From positions 1 through 29,177 of the forward strand of contig DASUMF010000438.1 in NCBI GenBank assembly GCA_036277835.1: 29,177 nucleotides of DNA, written 5' to 3'. The stretch comes from Acidimicrobiia bacterium. Its GTDB lineage: Bacteria; Actinomycetota; Acidimicrobiia; IMCC26256; DASPTH01. The notes under the pieces are model-generated. The model was not told where the DNA came from and searched no databases. It worked only from the letters and a program-made list of their open reading frames with translations. Shown piece by piece: positions 21,486-29,169 of the stretch. The translations under genes and the position numbers were made by a program. The stretch's first letter is position 1. Each line of letters opens with the position of its first letter.

Positions 21486-22400
21486 ATGCAGCTCGGGGTC
21501 TTCTTCCCGACCAAGGAGTACGGGACCATCGACGAGATGGTCTCCCGGTTCCGATCGACCGCGGGGATGGGGTTCGACTCGCTGTGGATGCCCCAGAGCG
21601 CGGGCTTCGACGCGCTCACCGCGATCGCCGTCGCGGCACGCGAGGTGCCCGAGGTCGCCTTCGGCACCTCGGTCATCCCCACCTACCCCCGCCACCCGGT
21701 CGCGCTCGCAGCCCAGGCGCTCACGGCCAACGCGGCCGCGGGTGGACGCCTGGTGCTCGGCCTGGGCCTGTCGCACAAGATGGCAATCGAAGGCTCGTAC
21801 GGCATCTCCTACGACCAGCCGGCGCGCCACATGCGCGAGTACCTCGCAGCGCTGATGCCGCTGTTGGTCGATCGGGCCGTCAACGTCGAGGGCGAGACCA
21901 TCACCGCTCGGTCGCAGCTCGCCATCCCCGGGGCGGACGCGCCGCCGGTGCTCCTCGCCGCGCTCCAGCCGCGGATGCTCGCGCTCGCCGGGGGCGTCGC
22001 GAACGGCACCGTCACGTGGTGCACGGGACCGATCACGCTGGCCGAGCAGATCGTGCCGCTGGTGAACGCAGCGGCGGCAGACGCCGGCCGGCCCGCGCCG
22101 CGCATCGTGGTGCCGCTGCCGACGATCGTCACCGACGACGAGGCGTACGGTCGCGCCCAGGCCGACAGCCAGCTCGAGGGCTACGGCCGGATCCCGGTGT
22201 ACCGCGCGGTGCTCGACCGCGAAGGCGTCGAGGGCCCGGGTGACGTGTCGATCGTGGGTGACGAGGCGTCGGTGACGGCGCAGCTCACGCGCCTGGCGGA
22301 GATCGGCGCCACCGACTTCGTGGCCATCCCGAGCGGCAACGACGACGACCGCACACGCACCCTCGAGCACCTGTCGTCGGCGCGCTCCGCGCTCCGCTGA
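21486..22400 (+). CDS. LLM-class oxidoreductase, F420-dependent type (TIGR03564-like)
   Basis: GF.SLW.PQ...DALT, GTSVIPTYPRHP.ALA.QALT, GRLVLGLGLSH, AAL.PRMLALAG...GT.TW; AGGGAG RBS before ATG 21486. Confidence 0.85.
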   Translation: MQLGVFFPTKEYGTIDEMVSRFRSTAGMGFDSLWMPQSAGFDALTAIAVAAREVPEVAFGTSVIPTYPRHPVALAAQALTANAAAGGRLVLGLGLSHKMAIEGSYGISYDQPARHMREYLAALMPLLVDRAVNVEGETITARSQLAIPGADAPPVLLAALQPRMLALAGGVANGTVTWCTGPITLAEQIVPLVNAAAADAGRPAPRIVVPLPTIVTDDEAYGRAQADSQLEGYGRIPVYRAVLDREGVEGPGDVSIVGDEASVTAQLTRLAEIGATDFVAIPSGNDDDRTRTLEHLSSARSALR

Positions 22401-22421
22401 CCGGCGTGCGGAGCGTCCGGT

Positions 22422-22441
22422 CGTTGGACCGCGCCTAAACT
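22422..22441 (+). promoter_or_regulatory. Candidate autoregulatory operator O2 overlapping the leaderless -10 TAAACT (22436-22441) of tetR
   Basis: Reverse complement GTTTAGGCGCGGTCCAACG is 13/19 identical to O3; the -10 lies 6 nt before ATG 22448. Confidence 0.5.
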
Positions 22442-22447
22442 TCGTCG

Positions 22448-23161
22448 ATGCCCCGATCTGGCGAGCCAGGGCCGTCCGCGGAGCGCAGGGAGAACGGTCC
22501 GCGCCGCTCGGGTCTTGTGCAGGAGCGGTCGCGACGCACCCGGCGCGATCTCGTCGATGCCGCGATGCGGCTGTGGACCGAGCGTGGGTTCGAGACGGGG
22601 ATCGACGACACGACGGTGGAGGAGATCGCCCGCGAAGCCGGCGTCACGAAGGGGACCTTCTACTTCCACTTCGCCCACAAGGAAGACATCCTCCTCGAGA
22701 TCGGGTGGTTCACCTCGCAGGCGACGCTGCGCGACGCCACCGCCGCGCTCGCCGGCGACGCGCCGGTCGACGCGGTGCTCGACACCCTGCTCACAGGGCT
22801 GGCTCGGCGGATCTCCGAGACCCCGCGCGCTGCGGTCGGCCGCACCCTCGCCGAGTTCTACCGGAACACCGCCCGTCGCGACACCGAGCCTGGCGAGGAG
22901 CGCTACGGGTTCCAGCGGTCGTTCGCGCTGGTGTTCTTCCACGCCCAGCAGTCGGGCCACCTCCCCGACGCGACCGACGCCCGGGTGTTGGGCGAGGTGA
23001 TGGGCACCATGACGGTCGGCGCGATCTCGTCGTGGATCGCAGGCGTCGAGCCCGATCTCGCCGCGGCGTTCCGGCTGCGGGCCGCGCTGCTCCTCGCCGG
23101 GATCCGGGGCCTGGGTGAGGCGAGCGCCTGCCTGGTTGATCCTGCGTCTGCATTCAGTTAG
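22448..23161 (+). CDS. TetR/AcrR family transcriptional regulator
   Basis: RSRRTRRDLVDAA..L..ERGF...TTVEEIAREAGVTKGTFYFHFAHKEDIL helix-turn-helix. Confidence 0.93.
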   Translation: MPRSGEPGPSAERRENGPRRSGLVQERSRRTRRDLVDAAMRLWTERGFETGIDDTTVEEIAREAGVTKGTFYFHFAHKEDILLEIGWFTSQATLRDATAALAGDAPVDAVLDTLLTGLARRISETPRAAVGRTLAEFYRNTARRDTEPGEERYGFQRSFALVFFHAQQSGHLPDATDARVLGEVMGTMTVGAISSWIAGVEPDLAAAFRLRAALLLAGIRGLGEASACLVDPASAFS

Positions 23162-23174
23162 ACTCAGTCCAACT
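23136..23174 (+). promoter_or_regulatory. Promoter TTGATC-N17-TAGACT with candidate operator O3 (23156-23174)
   Basis: AGTTAGACTCAGTCCAACT, 8 of 9 positions self-complementary, covering the -10 and predicted start site of the amidohydrolase transcript. Confidence 0.7.
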
Positions 23175-23240
23175 TTCGGGGCCCATCTCACGGCACGCCT
23201 CGTTCCCGTTCCCGCGCCACCGAGCGACATCAGGAGTGAC

Positions 23241-24533
23241 ATGACCGCGACCCAGTCCAGCGAGCAGTCGGCCAACGCCCTGCCGTACCCCATCAACGAC
23301 GCCGACGAGCACTCGACGCCCGCCCGTGGCGCCTACGAGAAGTACATCGACCCCGACAAGCGCGACATGGCCATCCGCTACGTCACCACCGACAGCGGGT
23401 TCCCGCAGGCGCTCTACAACGGTCGCCCGGCGCGGTTCACGTTCAAGAACTTCCAGGTGGTGGGCTCGAACGACCAGCTCGCCGAGGTCGGCGTGTCCGA
23501 CGCGGGCGGCTCCGAGGAGATGGGTGGCGCGCCGGTGCCGGGGTCGCTCCTCACCCGCCTCAACCCGCTCAAGGACCTCGACGCCGAGGGCCGCAAGGAG
23601 TTCGCGCGGAAGTACCGGGCGATGCAGGAGCAGCTCGACAACCCCGCTGACCGCCTCACCGTCATGGATTCGCAGGGCATCGGCGCCGCGGTCAACTTCG
23701 CGACGCTGCCCGGCACCGAGGTCGAGTTCGAGGACGACTACGACGGCCTCTACGCCAACCTCACCGCGCTGAACCGCTACCTCGGCAACGAGTGGGGCTT
23801 CAACTACGAGAACCGGCTCTTCACGCCCCCGTTCGTGTCGTTCGCCGACCCGGATGCCGCGCTCGCGCAGCTCGACGACATCATGAAGATCGAGGTCCCC
23901 AAGGTCATCCAGACCTCGCAGGGCCCCTCGATGCACACGTCGCCGTTCCGCCCCGAGAACGACCGGTTCTGGGACATCTGCTCCGAGGCCGGCATCAAGC
24001 TGACCACCCACCTCGCCACCGTCACCCGCTACGGCGCGCAGGGCCTCGACTGGTCCGAGGAAGAGGTGATGCTGGGCGACATGAACGCGTTCCAGTGGGT
24101 CTTCTACTACGGCGACCGTCCCGCGATGGAGACCGCCGGAGCCGCGATCCTGCAGGGCTGGTTCGCACGCTTCCCGAAGATGCAGCTCCTCCTGTCGGAG
24201 CAGGGCACGGTGTGGGTGCCCTACACGGTGCGCAAGCTCGACCACTCGTTCCTCATGGGTCGGCGCGCCAGCTTCGGTCGCAAGCTCGAGCGTCGTCCGA
24301 GCGAGTACTTCAAGGACCACGTCTTCGTGGCCCCGTTCCCCGAGGAGAACGTCGATCGGATCGTCGAGGCCGTCGGCACCAAGCCGATCGTGTTCGGCTC
24401 CGACTTCCCGCACGGTGAGGGCCTCCCCGAGCCGAGCATGTACCTCGGCCAGCTGAAGAACCTCGACGAGACCCAGACGAAGGAGATCATGAGCGACAAC
24501 CTCGCTCGCTTCCTCGACCTCCCGACGGCCTAA
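23241..24533 (+). CDS. Amidohydrolase-superfamily metallo-enzyme (Amidohydro_2 type)
   Basis: INDADEH, TTHL, RFPK....SE.G..WVP, FGSDFPHGEG, I...NLARFL; AGGAG RBS before ATG 23241. Confidence 0.9.
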   Translation: MTATQSSEQSANALPYPINDADEHSTPARGAYEKYIDPDKRDMAIRYVTTDSGFPQALYNGRPARFTFKNFQVVGSNDQLAEVGVSDAGGSEEMGGAPVPGSLLTRLNPLKDLDAEGRKEFARKYRAMQEQLDNPADRLTVMDSQGIGAAVNFATLPGTEVEFEDDYDGLYANLTALNRYLGNEWGFNYENRLFTPPFVSFADPDAALAQLDDIMKIEVPKVIQTSQGPSMHTSPFRPENDRFWDICSEAGIKLTTHLATVTRYGAQGLDWSEEEVMLGDMNAFQWVFYYGDRPAMETAGAAILQGWFARFPKMQLLLSEQGTVWVPYTVRKLDHSFLMGRRASFGRKLERRPSEYFKDHVFVAPFPEENVDRIVEAVGTKPIVFGSDFPHGEGLPEPSMYLGQLKNLDETQTKEIMSDNLARFLDLPTA

Positions 24534-24580
24534 CCGCTCTCGGAAGTACCGTCGCCGTCCACACCGGATCGGCGCGCCCG

Positions 24581-24614
24581 CCGGCACGGGCCCGCTCTGG
24601 CGGGTGCGTGCCGG
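24581..24614 (+). terminator. Long GC hairpin after the amidohydrolase gene
   Basis: CCGGCACG-GG-CCCGC-TCTG-GCGGG-TG-CGTGCCGG followed by TT. Confidence 0.6.
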
Positions 24615-24678
24615 TTGCGCGCGACGAAGCGGTCGCCCGATGATGCGCCGCCCGAGCCACTTGCAGGAGAATCACGCC

Positions 24679-26235
24679 GTGGAGTACCCGGAGACCGCGT
24701 TCCGCCCGACCATCCCCGACGCGTTGCACCACGCGGTGGAGATCTCGGGCAGCCGCCCGTTCATCGTCACGCCCGCGCGCCGCATGACCTATGCCGAGGC
24801 CGAGGTCGCGTCGCGGCACCTGGCCAAGCGGATGCTCGCGGCCGGGATGGGCAAGGGCACCCGTGTGGGGCTCTACTTCACCTACGGCCAGGAGTGGGTC
24901 GTCGCGTGGCTGGCGGCGAGCCGCATCGGCGCGCTGGTCATGCCGCTCGCCACCACGTATCGGCCGTCGGAGATCCGCAAGGTCCTGCGCATCGGCGACG
25001 TCGACACGCTGATCATGGCGAGCACCGTGCTCGGCAAGGACATGCAGCAGATGCTCGAGGACAGCGTGCCCGGCCTCGCCGAGGCCGACGGGCCTGCGCT
25101 GTTCCTCGCCGACACGCCGTCGTTGCGCTCGGTCTGGGTGACCGGCGACGTCGATCGTGCGTGGGCGACGCCGGTCGACCTCGAGGCGGAGCCCGACCTT
25201 CCCGCCGGCATCACCGACGAGCTCCTCGCCGCGCTCGAGGCCGAGGTCGTGCCCGCCGACCTCGCGCAGGTCACCTACACGTCGGGCTCGAGCGCCGATC
25301 CCAAGGGCGTCGTGCACACGCACGCCACGGTGATCCGCGCCACCGCGGGCATGTCGGCGCTCCTGGTGCCCGGTTCCGAGCCGCCGGTGTTCTTCTGCGC
25401 CTTTCCCTTCTTCTGGATCGGCGGCACCCTCATCCTCGGCGCCGCGCTCCAGACCGGCGCCACGGTGCTCGTGATCGAGCGCTTCGAGCCCGGCGCCGCG
25501 CTGGCGATGATCGAGGAGTACCAGGCCACCTCGGTGATGGGGTGGCCGTCGCTCATCCAGGCGATGCGCGACGACCCGTCGTTCGCCACTCGCAAGCTGC
25601 CCGAGATCGCGGGGCTCACCGTCGGCCCGGCCGACGTGGCCCTCAACGCGTCCCCGGTCCCGGGGATCCCCGGCCACCGTGGCATGAGCGAGACGGTGGG
25701 CAACATCATGTCGGTGCAGCACCGGGCCATCGATCCCGAGACCGGCGAGGACCAACCCGACATGGCCGAGGGCGAGCTCCTCGTGCGCGGCTACGGCCTG
25801 ATGCACGGGTACTACAAGAAGGAGCGCCACGAGGTCTTCGACGACGACGGCTGGTTGCACACGGGCGACCGCGTGTTCATGCACGAGGGCCGGCCCTACT
25901 TCGTGGGTCGCTTCACCGAGATGGTGAAGTCCCAGGGCGCCAACGTCGCGCCGCGCGAGGTCGAGCTGTTCCTCGAGGAGACGTTCCCCGAGATCCTCTA
26001 CGCCTTCGTCGTCGGGATGCCGCATCCCGAACGCGGTGAGGAGGTCACGGCGGTGCTCGTGCCGTCACAGGGCCACACCATCGATCCCGTCGACGTGCAG
26101 CGCCGCTCGCGCGAGCTGATCTCGGGCTTCAAGGTGCCGACGCGCATCGAGATCTGGGACGAGGCCGATGTGCCGTGGCTGGGGTCGGGCAAGCCCGACA
26201 AGCTCGCGATCAAGGCGCGCCTCCTCGGCGACTGA
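24679..26235 (+). CDS. Acyl-CoA synthetase / AMP-binding (class I adenylate-forming) enzyme
   Basis: YTSGSSADPKG, GMSET, GELLVRG..LMHGYY, GWLHTGD, GRFTEMVKSQG.NV.P.EVE, GKPDK; AGGAGA RBS before GTG 24679. Confidence 0.9.
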   Translation: MEYPETAFRPTIPDALHHAVEISGSRPFIVTPARRMTYAEAEVASRHLAKRMLAAGMGKGTRVGLYFTYGQEWVVAWLAASRIGALVMPLATTYRPSEIRKVLRIGDVDTLIMASTVLGKDMQQMLEDSVPGLAEADGPALFLADTPSLRSVWVTGDVDRAWATPVDLEAEPDLPAGITDELLAALEAEVVPADLAQVTYTSGSSADPKGVVHTHATVIRATAGMSALLVPGSEPPVFFCAFPFFWIGGTLILGAALQTGATVLVIERFEPGAALAMIEEYQATSVMGWPSLIQAMRDDPSFATRKLPEIAGLTVGPADVALNASPVPGIPGHRGMSETVGNIMSVQHRAIDPETGEDQPDMAEGELLVRGYGLMHGYYKKERHEVFDDDGWLHTGDRVFMHEGRPYFVGRFTEMVKSQGANVAPREVELFLEETFPEILYAFVVGMPHPERGEEVTAVLVPSQGHTIDPVDVQRRSRELISGFKVPTRIEIWDEADVPWLGSGKPDKLAIKARLLGD

Positions 26236-26268
26236 TCTCGCGGGCGCCGTCCTCGCAAAGGAAGCGCC

Positions 26269-26291
26269 GCGCGCCCTTGTGGTGGGCGCGC
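26269..26291 (+). terminator. 8-bp GC hairpin after the acyl-CoA synthetase gene
   Basis: GCGCGCCC-TTGTGGT-GGGCGCGC. Confidence 0.45.
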
Positions 26292-26295
26292 AGCT

Positions 26296-26314
26296 GTGAG
26301 ATTCTCCTTTTCAC
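26296..26314. promoter_or_regulatory. Candidate operator copy A upstream of secreted protein A
   Basis: GTGAGATTCTCCTTTTCAC; 16/19 match to the palindrome GTGAAAAG-CTC-CTTTTCAC. Confidence 0.5.
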
Positions 26315-26375
26315 AGGACGTGCAGATCCGCGTCTGCACCGACATCGCCTGCCGTTCGGCCGCATGGGGGGAACC

Positions 26376-27716
26376 ATGGTCGTCTCGGGAAGGTCCAGGG
26401 GCGCGCGCGTCGCGCTCGTCGGGTTCGTGGCCGTGGTGCTCGCCACCAGCGCCCTCTTCGTCGGGCCCGCCGGCGCCGCCAAGTCGGCGGCGAGCGGGAG
26501 CTGCCCGGATCCGTCCGGGTCGATCAAGCTCGGTGTCTCGTACTTCGGCTCGGTGGCGACGAACGTCGGCGACCTCGGCGCCGACACCGCGACCCTTCCC
26601 GCCGATCAGGCGATCATCGACGGCTACAAGTCGGGCGCGGCGGCGTTGAACGCCGCCGGCGGCGTCGCCGGCTGTCAGGTCGAGGTCGTGCCGTTCAACT
26701 TCTCGGCGCGCTCCTCCGACTTCAACCAGACGTCACAGCAGGAGTGCGCGGCCTTCACCCAGGACACGAAGGTGTTCGCGGTGTACTCGACCGCCTACGA
26801 GACGAAGGTCGCGGTCGACTGCTTCGCCAAGGCCAAGACGCCGATGTTCCAGATCAGCACCAACTACCCACCGACGTGCGCGGACGCGAAGAAGTACGCC
26901 GGGTACGTCTACACGCCGGCCGGGATCTACACGTGCCGGTGGGGTTCGTTCATCGACATCTACAAGCAGAACGGCCTGTTCCCGAAGGACGCGAAGGTCG
27001 GCATCCTCGTGCACGACGACGGCTCGGGCCAGGGCAAGGCGCTCGCGGACGACGTCTGGGGACCGAAGCTCAAGAAGCTCAAGATCCCCTACGAGACGTT
27101 CAGCTTCACTGGCGCCACCAACGAGGCGACGTTCGCCAACGTGAACTCGGCGGCGGGCAACGCCATCCTCAAGTTCAAGGCCGACGGCGTCAACGTGGTG
27201 CTGTTCACCCCCTCGGGCGGGCAGGGCGCCGTCGCCTTCATGCCGCAGGCGAAGACCCAGAGCTTCTTCCCCAACTACGGCCTCGACATCTACGACGGCC
27301 TCGGCATCGCGAGCTCGCTCGGTGCGGACGCGATCAAGACGGGCGTGGCCGTCTCGTGGGCGATCTCGGATCTCCCGCTCACCGCGCAACAGGAGCTCCC
27401 GGCCAATCCGGCCATCGAGGCGTGCGCGAGCTGGGCGATGCCGAACCCGGCCGGCCTCACCGGTTCGTCGCCCTACTGCGACTTCCTGAGCATCCTGCAG
27501 GCGAGCATGAAGGGCGCGACCAAGGTCGACGCCGCGACGCTCCAGAAGGGGATCGCGGCGCTCGGCACGAGCTGGCTCTCGTCGACGACCTACGACGGCG
27601 CGACGAAGTTCGTGAAGGCACGCGCCGACGGGGGCGACAAGGTGAGGGTGCTGAAGTACGACCCGACCGCCAAGGCCTGGGAGTCGGTGTCGGACAAGCT
27701 GACCACGATCCCGTAA
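26376..27716 (+). CDS. Secreted 8-Cys periplasmic-binding-protein type 1 fold (LivJ/ABC ligand-binding-like) protein, paralog A
   Basis: Basic N-region, hydrophobic core and PAGA|A cleavage site; IKLGV, LNAAGGVAG..VEV, TQDTKVFAV, KVGIL, KFKADGVNVV resemble PBP1; GGGGG RBS before ATG 26376. Confidence 0.7.
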   Translation: MVVSGRSRGARVALVGFVAVVLATSALFVGPAGAAKSAASGSCPDPSGSIKLGVSYFGSVATNVGDLGADTATLPADQAIIDGYKSGAAALNAAGGVAGCQVEVVPFNFSARSSDFNQTSQQECAAFTQDTKVFAVYSTAYETKVAVDCFAKAKTPMFQISTNYPPTCADAKKYAGYVYTPAGIYTCRWGSFIDIYKQNGLFPKDAKVGILVHDDGSGQGKALADDVWGPKLKKLKIPYETFSFTGATNEATFANVNSAAGNAILKFKADGVNVVLFTPSGGQGAVAFMPQAKTQSFFPNYGLDIYDGLGIASSLGADAIKTGVAVSWAISDLPLTAQQELPANPAIEACASWAMPNPAGLTGSSPYCDFLSILQASMKGATKVDAATLQKGIAALGTSWLSSTTYDGATKFVKARADGGDKVRVLKYDPTAKAWESVSDKLTTIP

Positions 27717-27723
27717 CGCCCGA

Positions 27724-27747
27724 CGCCCGCGCGACTTGCAGCGGGCG
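27724..27747 (+). terminator. 7-bp GC hairpin after paralog A
   Basis: CGCCCGC-N10-GCGGGCG starting 8 nt after the TAA. Confidence 0.4.
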
Positions 27748-27754
27748 CGCGCGC

Positions 27755-27773
27755 GTGAAAAGCTCCTTTTCGG
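27755..27773. promoter_or_regulatory. Candidate operator copy B upstream of secreted protein B
   Basis: GTGAAAAGCTCCTTTTCGG; 17/19 match to the same palindrome. Confidence 0.5.
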
Positions 27774-27819
27774 AGCTTGACACGTCGTCAGCCCGTTCAT
27801 CTCGACTGTTGGGGGGACC

Positions 27820-29169
27820 ATGGTCGTCGGAAAGCGTTCTCGTCGCTCGCGTGCCGCGCTCGCTGCGCTCGCGGTGGTGACACTGGCGGCAGCGGCGTTG
27901 TTCGCAGTCCCGGCCGGTGCCGCGGACTCCACCGCGGCGAGTGACTGTCCCGATCCCTCGGGAACGGTGAAGATCGGCCTGTCCTACTTCGGCTCCGTCG
28001 CCACCAACCTGGGCGAGATCGGCAACGATGAGGCTGCCGAGCTGGTGCCTGCCGACCAGGCAGTGGTCGACGGGTACAAGAAGGGCATCGCCGCGCTGAA
28101 CACCGCAGGCGGCATCGCCGGCTGCCAGGTCGAAGGGGTGTTCTTCAACTTCTCTGCCCGGTCCGACGACTTCAACCAGACGTCGCAGCAGGAGTGCGCC
28201 GCGTTCACGCAGGACGAGAAGGTGTTCGCGGTCTACGCCGGGGCCTACGAGACGAAGGTCGCGGTCGACTGCTTCGCCAAGGCGAAGGTGCCGATGTTCC
28301 AGATCGGCACCAACTACCCGCCGTCGTGCGCCGACGCGAAGAAGTACGCCGGGTTCATCTACACGCCCTCGGGCATCTACACCTGCCGATACGGATCGTT
28401 CATCAAGCTGTGGAAGGACAACGGGTTGTTCCCGAAGGACGCCAAGGTCGGCATCCTGGTGAAGGACGACGGCTCGGGCCAGGGTGACTTCCTCGCCGAC
28501 AAGGTGTGGACGCCCGAGCTCAAGAAGCTCAAGATCCCGGTGACGACGTTCAACTACACGGGCGCCATCAACGGCGCGACGTTCGCCGACGTGAACGCCG
28601 CACTCGGCAACGCCATCCTGCAGTTCAAGTCCGCCGGGGTGAACGTCGTGCTGTTCACGCCCGCCGGCGCGCAGGGTCCGGCGGCGTTCATGCCGCAGGC
28701 GAAGGCGCAGAGCTACTTCCCGAACTACGGCATCGACACCGCCGACGGCTTCGGGATCGTGGCGAGCGCCGGTGCCGAGTCGGTCAAGACCGGGATCGGG
28801 ATCTCCTGGTCGTACCTCGACCTCCCGTTGACCGAGCAGCAGAAGCTTCCCGCCAACTCGGCCGCGGCCGACTGCGCCGCCTGGTCGACGCCGACCACCA
28901 CGTCAACGCCGGGCGCTTCGCCGCTCTGCGACTACTTCCACATCTTGAACCAGGCGATGACGGGTGCGACGAAGGTCGATGCCGCCTCGCTGAAGAAGGG
29001 CGTCGCGGGGCTGGGCACGAAGTTCGTCTCGTCGGTGACCTACGACGGTGGCGCGACGAAGTTCACGAGCAAGCGCACCGATGGTGCGACGAAGGCCATG
29101 GTGCTCGAGTTCGACCCGACGGCCAAGGCCTGGGCCCCGATCGACGGCAAGGTGGTCACGATCCCGTAG
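27820..29169 (+). CDS. Secreted 8-Cys PBP1-fold protein, paralog B
   Basis: Collinear with paralog A, with long identical blocks (DFNQTSQQECAAFTQD, AYETKVAVDCFAKAK, CADAKKYAG, NGLFPKDAKVGIL); signal peptide ending PAGA|A. Confidence 0.72.
   Translation: MVVGKRSRRSRAALAALAVVTLAAAALFAVPAGAADSTAASDCPDPSGTVKIGLSYFGSVATNLGEIGNDEAAELVPADQAVVDGYKKGIAALNTAGGIAGCQVEGVFFNFSARSDDFNQTSQQECAAFTQDEKVFAVYAGAYETKVAVDCFAKAKVPMFQIGTNYPPSCADAKKYAGFIYTPSGIYTCRYGSFIKLWKDNGLFPKDAKVGILVKDDGSGQGDFLADKVWTPELKKLKIPVTTFNYTGAINGATFADVNAALGNAILQFKSAGVNVVLFTPAGAQGPAAFMPQAKAQSYFPNYGIDTADGFGIVASAGAESVKTGIGISWSYLDLPLTEQQKLPANSAAADCAAWSTPTTTSTPGASPLCDYFHILNQAMTGATKVDAASLKKGVAGLGTKFVSSVTYDGGATKFTSKRTDGATKAMVLEFDPTAKAWAPIDGKVVTIP

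Noticed and set aside
26295-26315. CRP/GlxR-like site TGTGA...TCACA
   Set aside because: Spacer is 11 nt, not the required 6; better explained by the 19-bp palindrome shared with paralog B
27777-27810. Sigma70 promoter from the perfect TTGACA
   Set aside because: No acceptable -10 at 16-18 nt spacing
27820-27870. Tat signal in paralog B (KRSRRSRA)
   Set aside because: No hydrophobic residues after RR as in S-R-R-x-F-L, and paralog A has no twin Arg
441-28487. Many long overlapping or antisense ORFs in the track (e.g. 2480-3892, 4567-6264, 4713-6458, 6578-8902, 9488-11827, 14004-15659, 23154-24587, 24487-26025)
   Set aside because: They are Arg/Gly/Ala/Pro-rich shadow frames of real high-GC genes, with no family motifs and no RBS or promoter support
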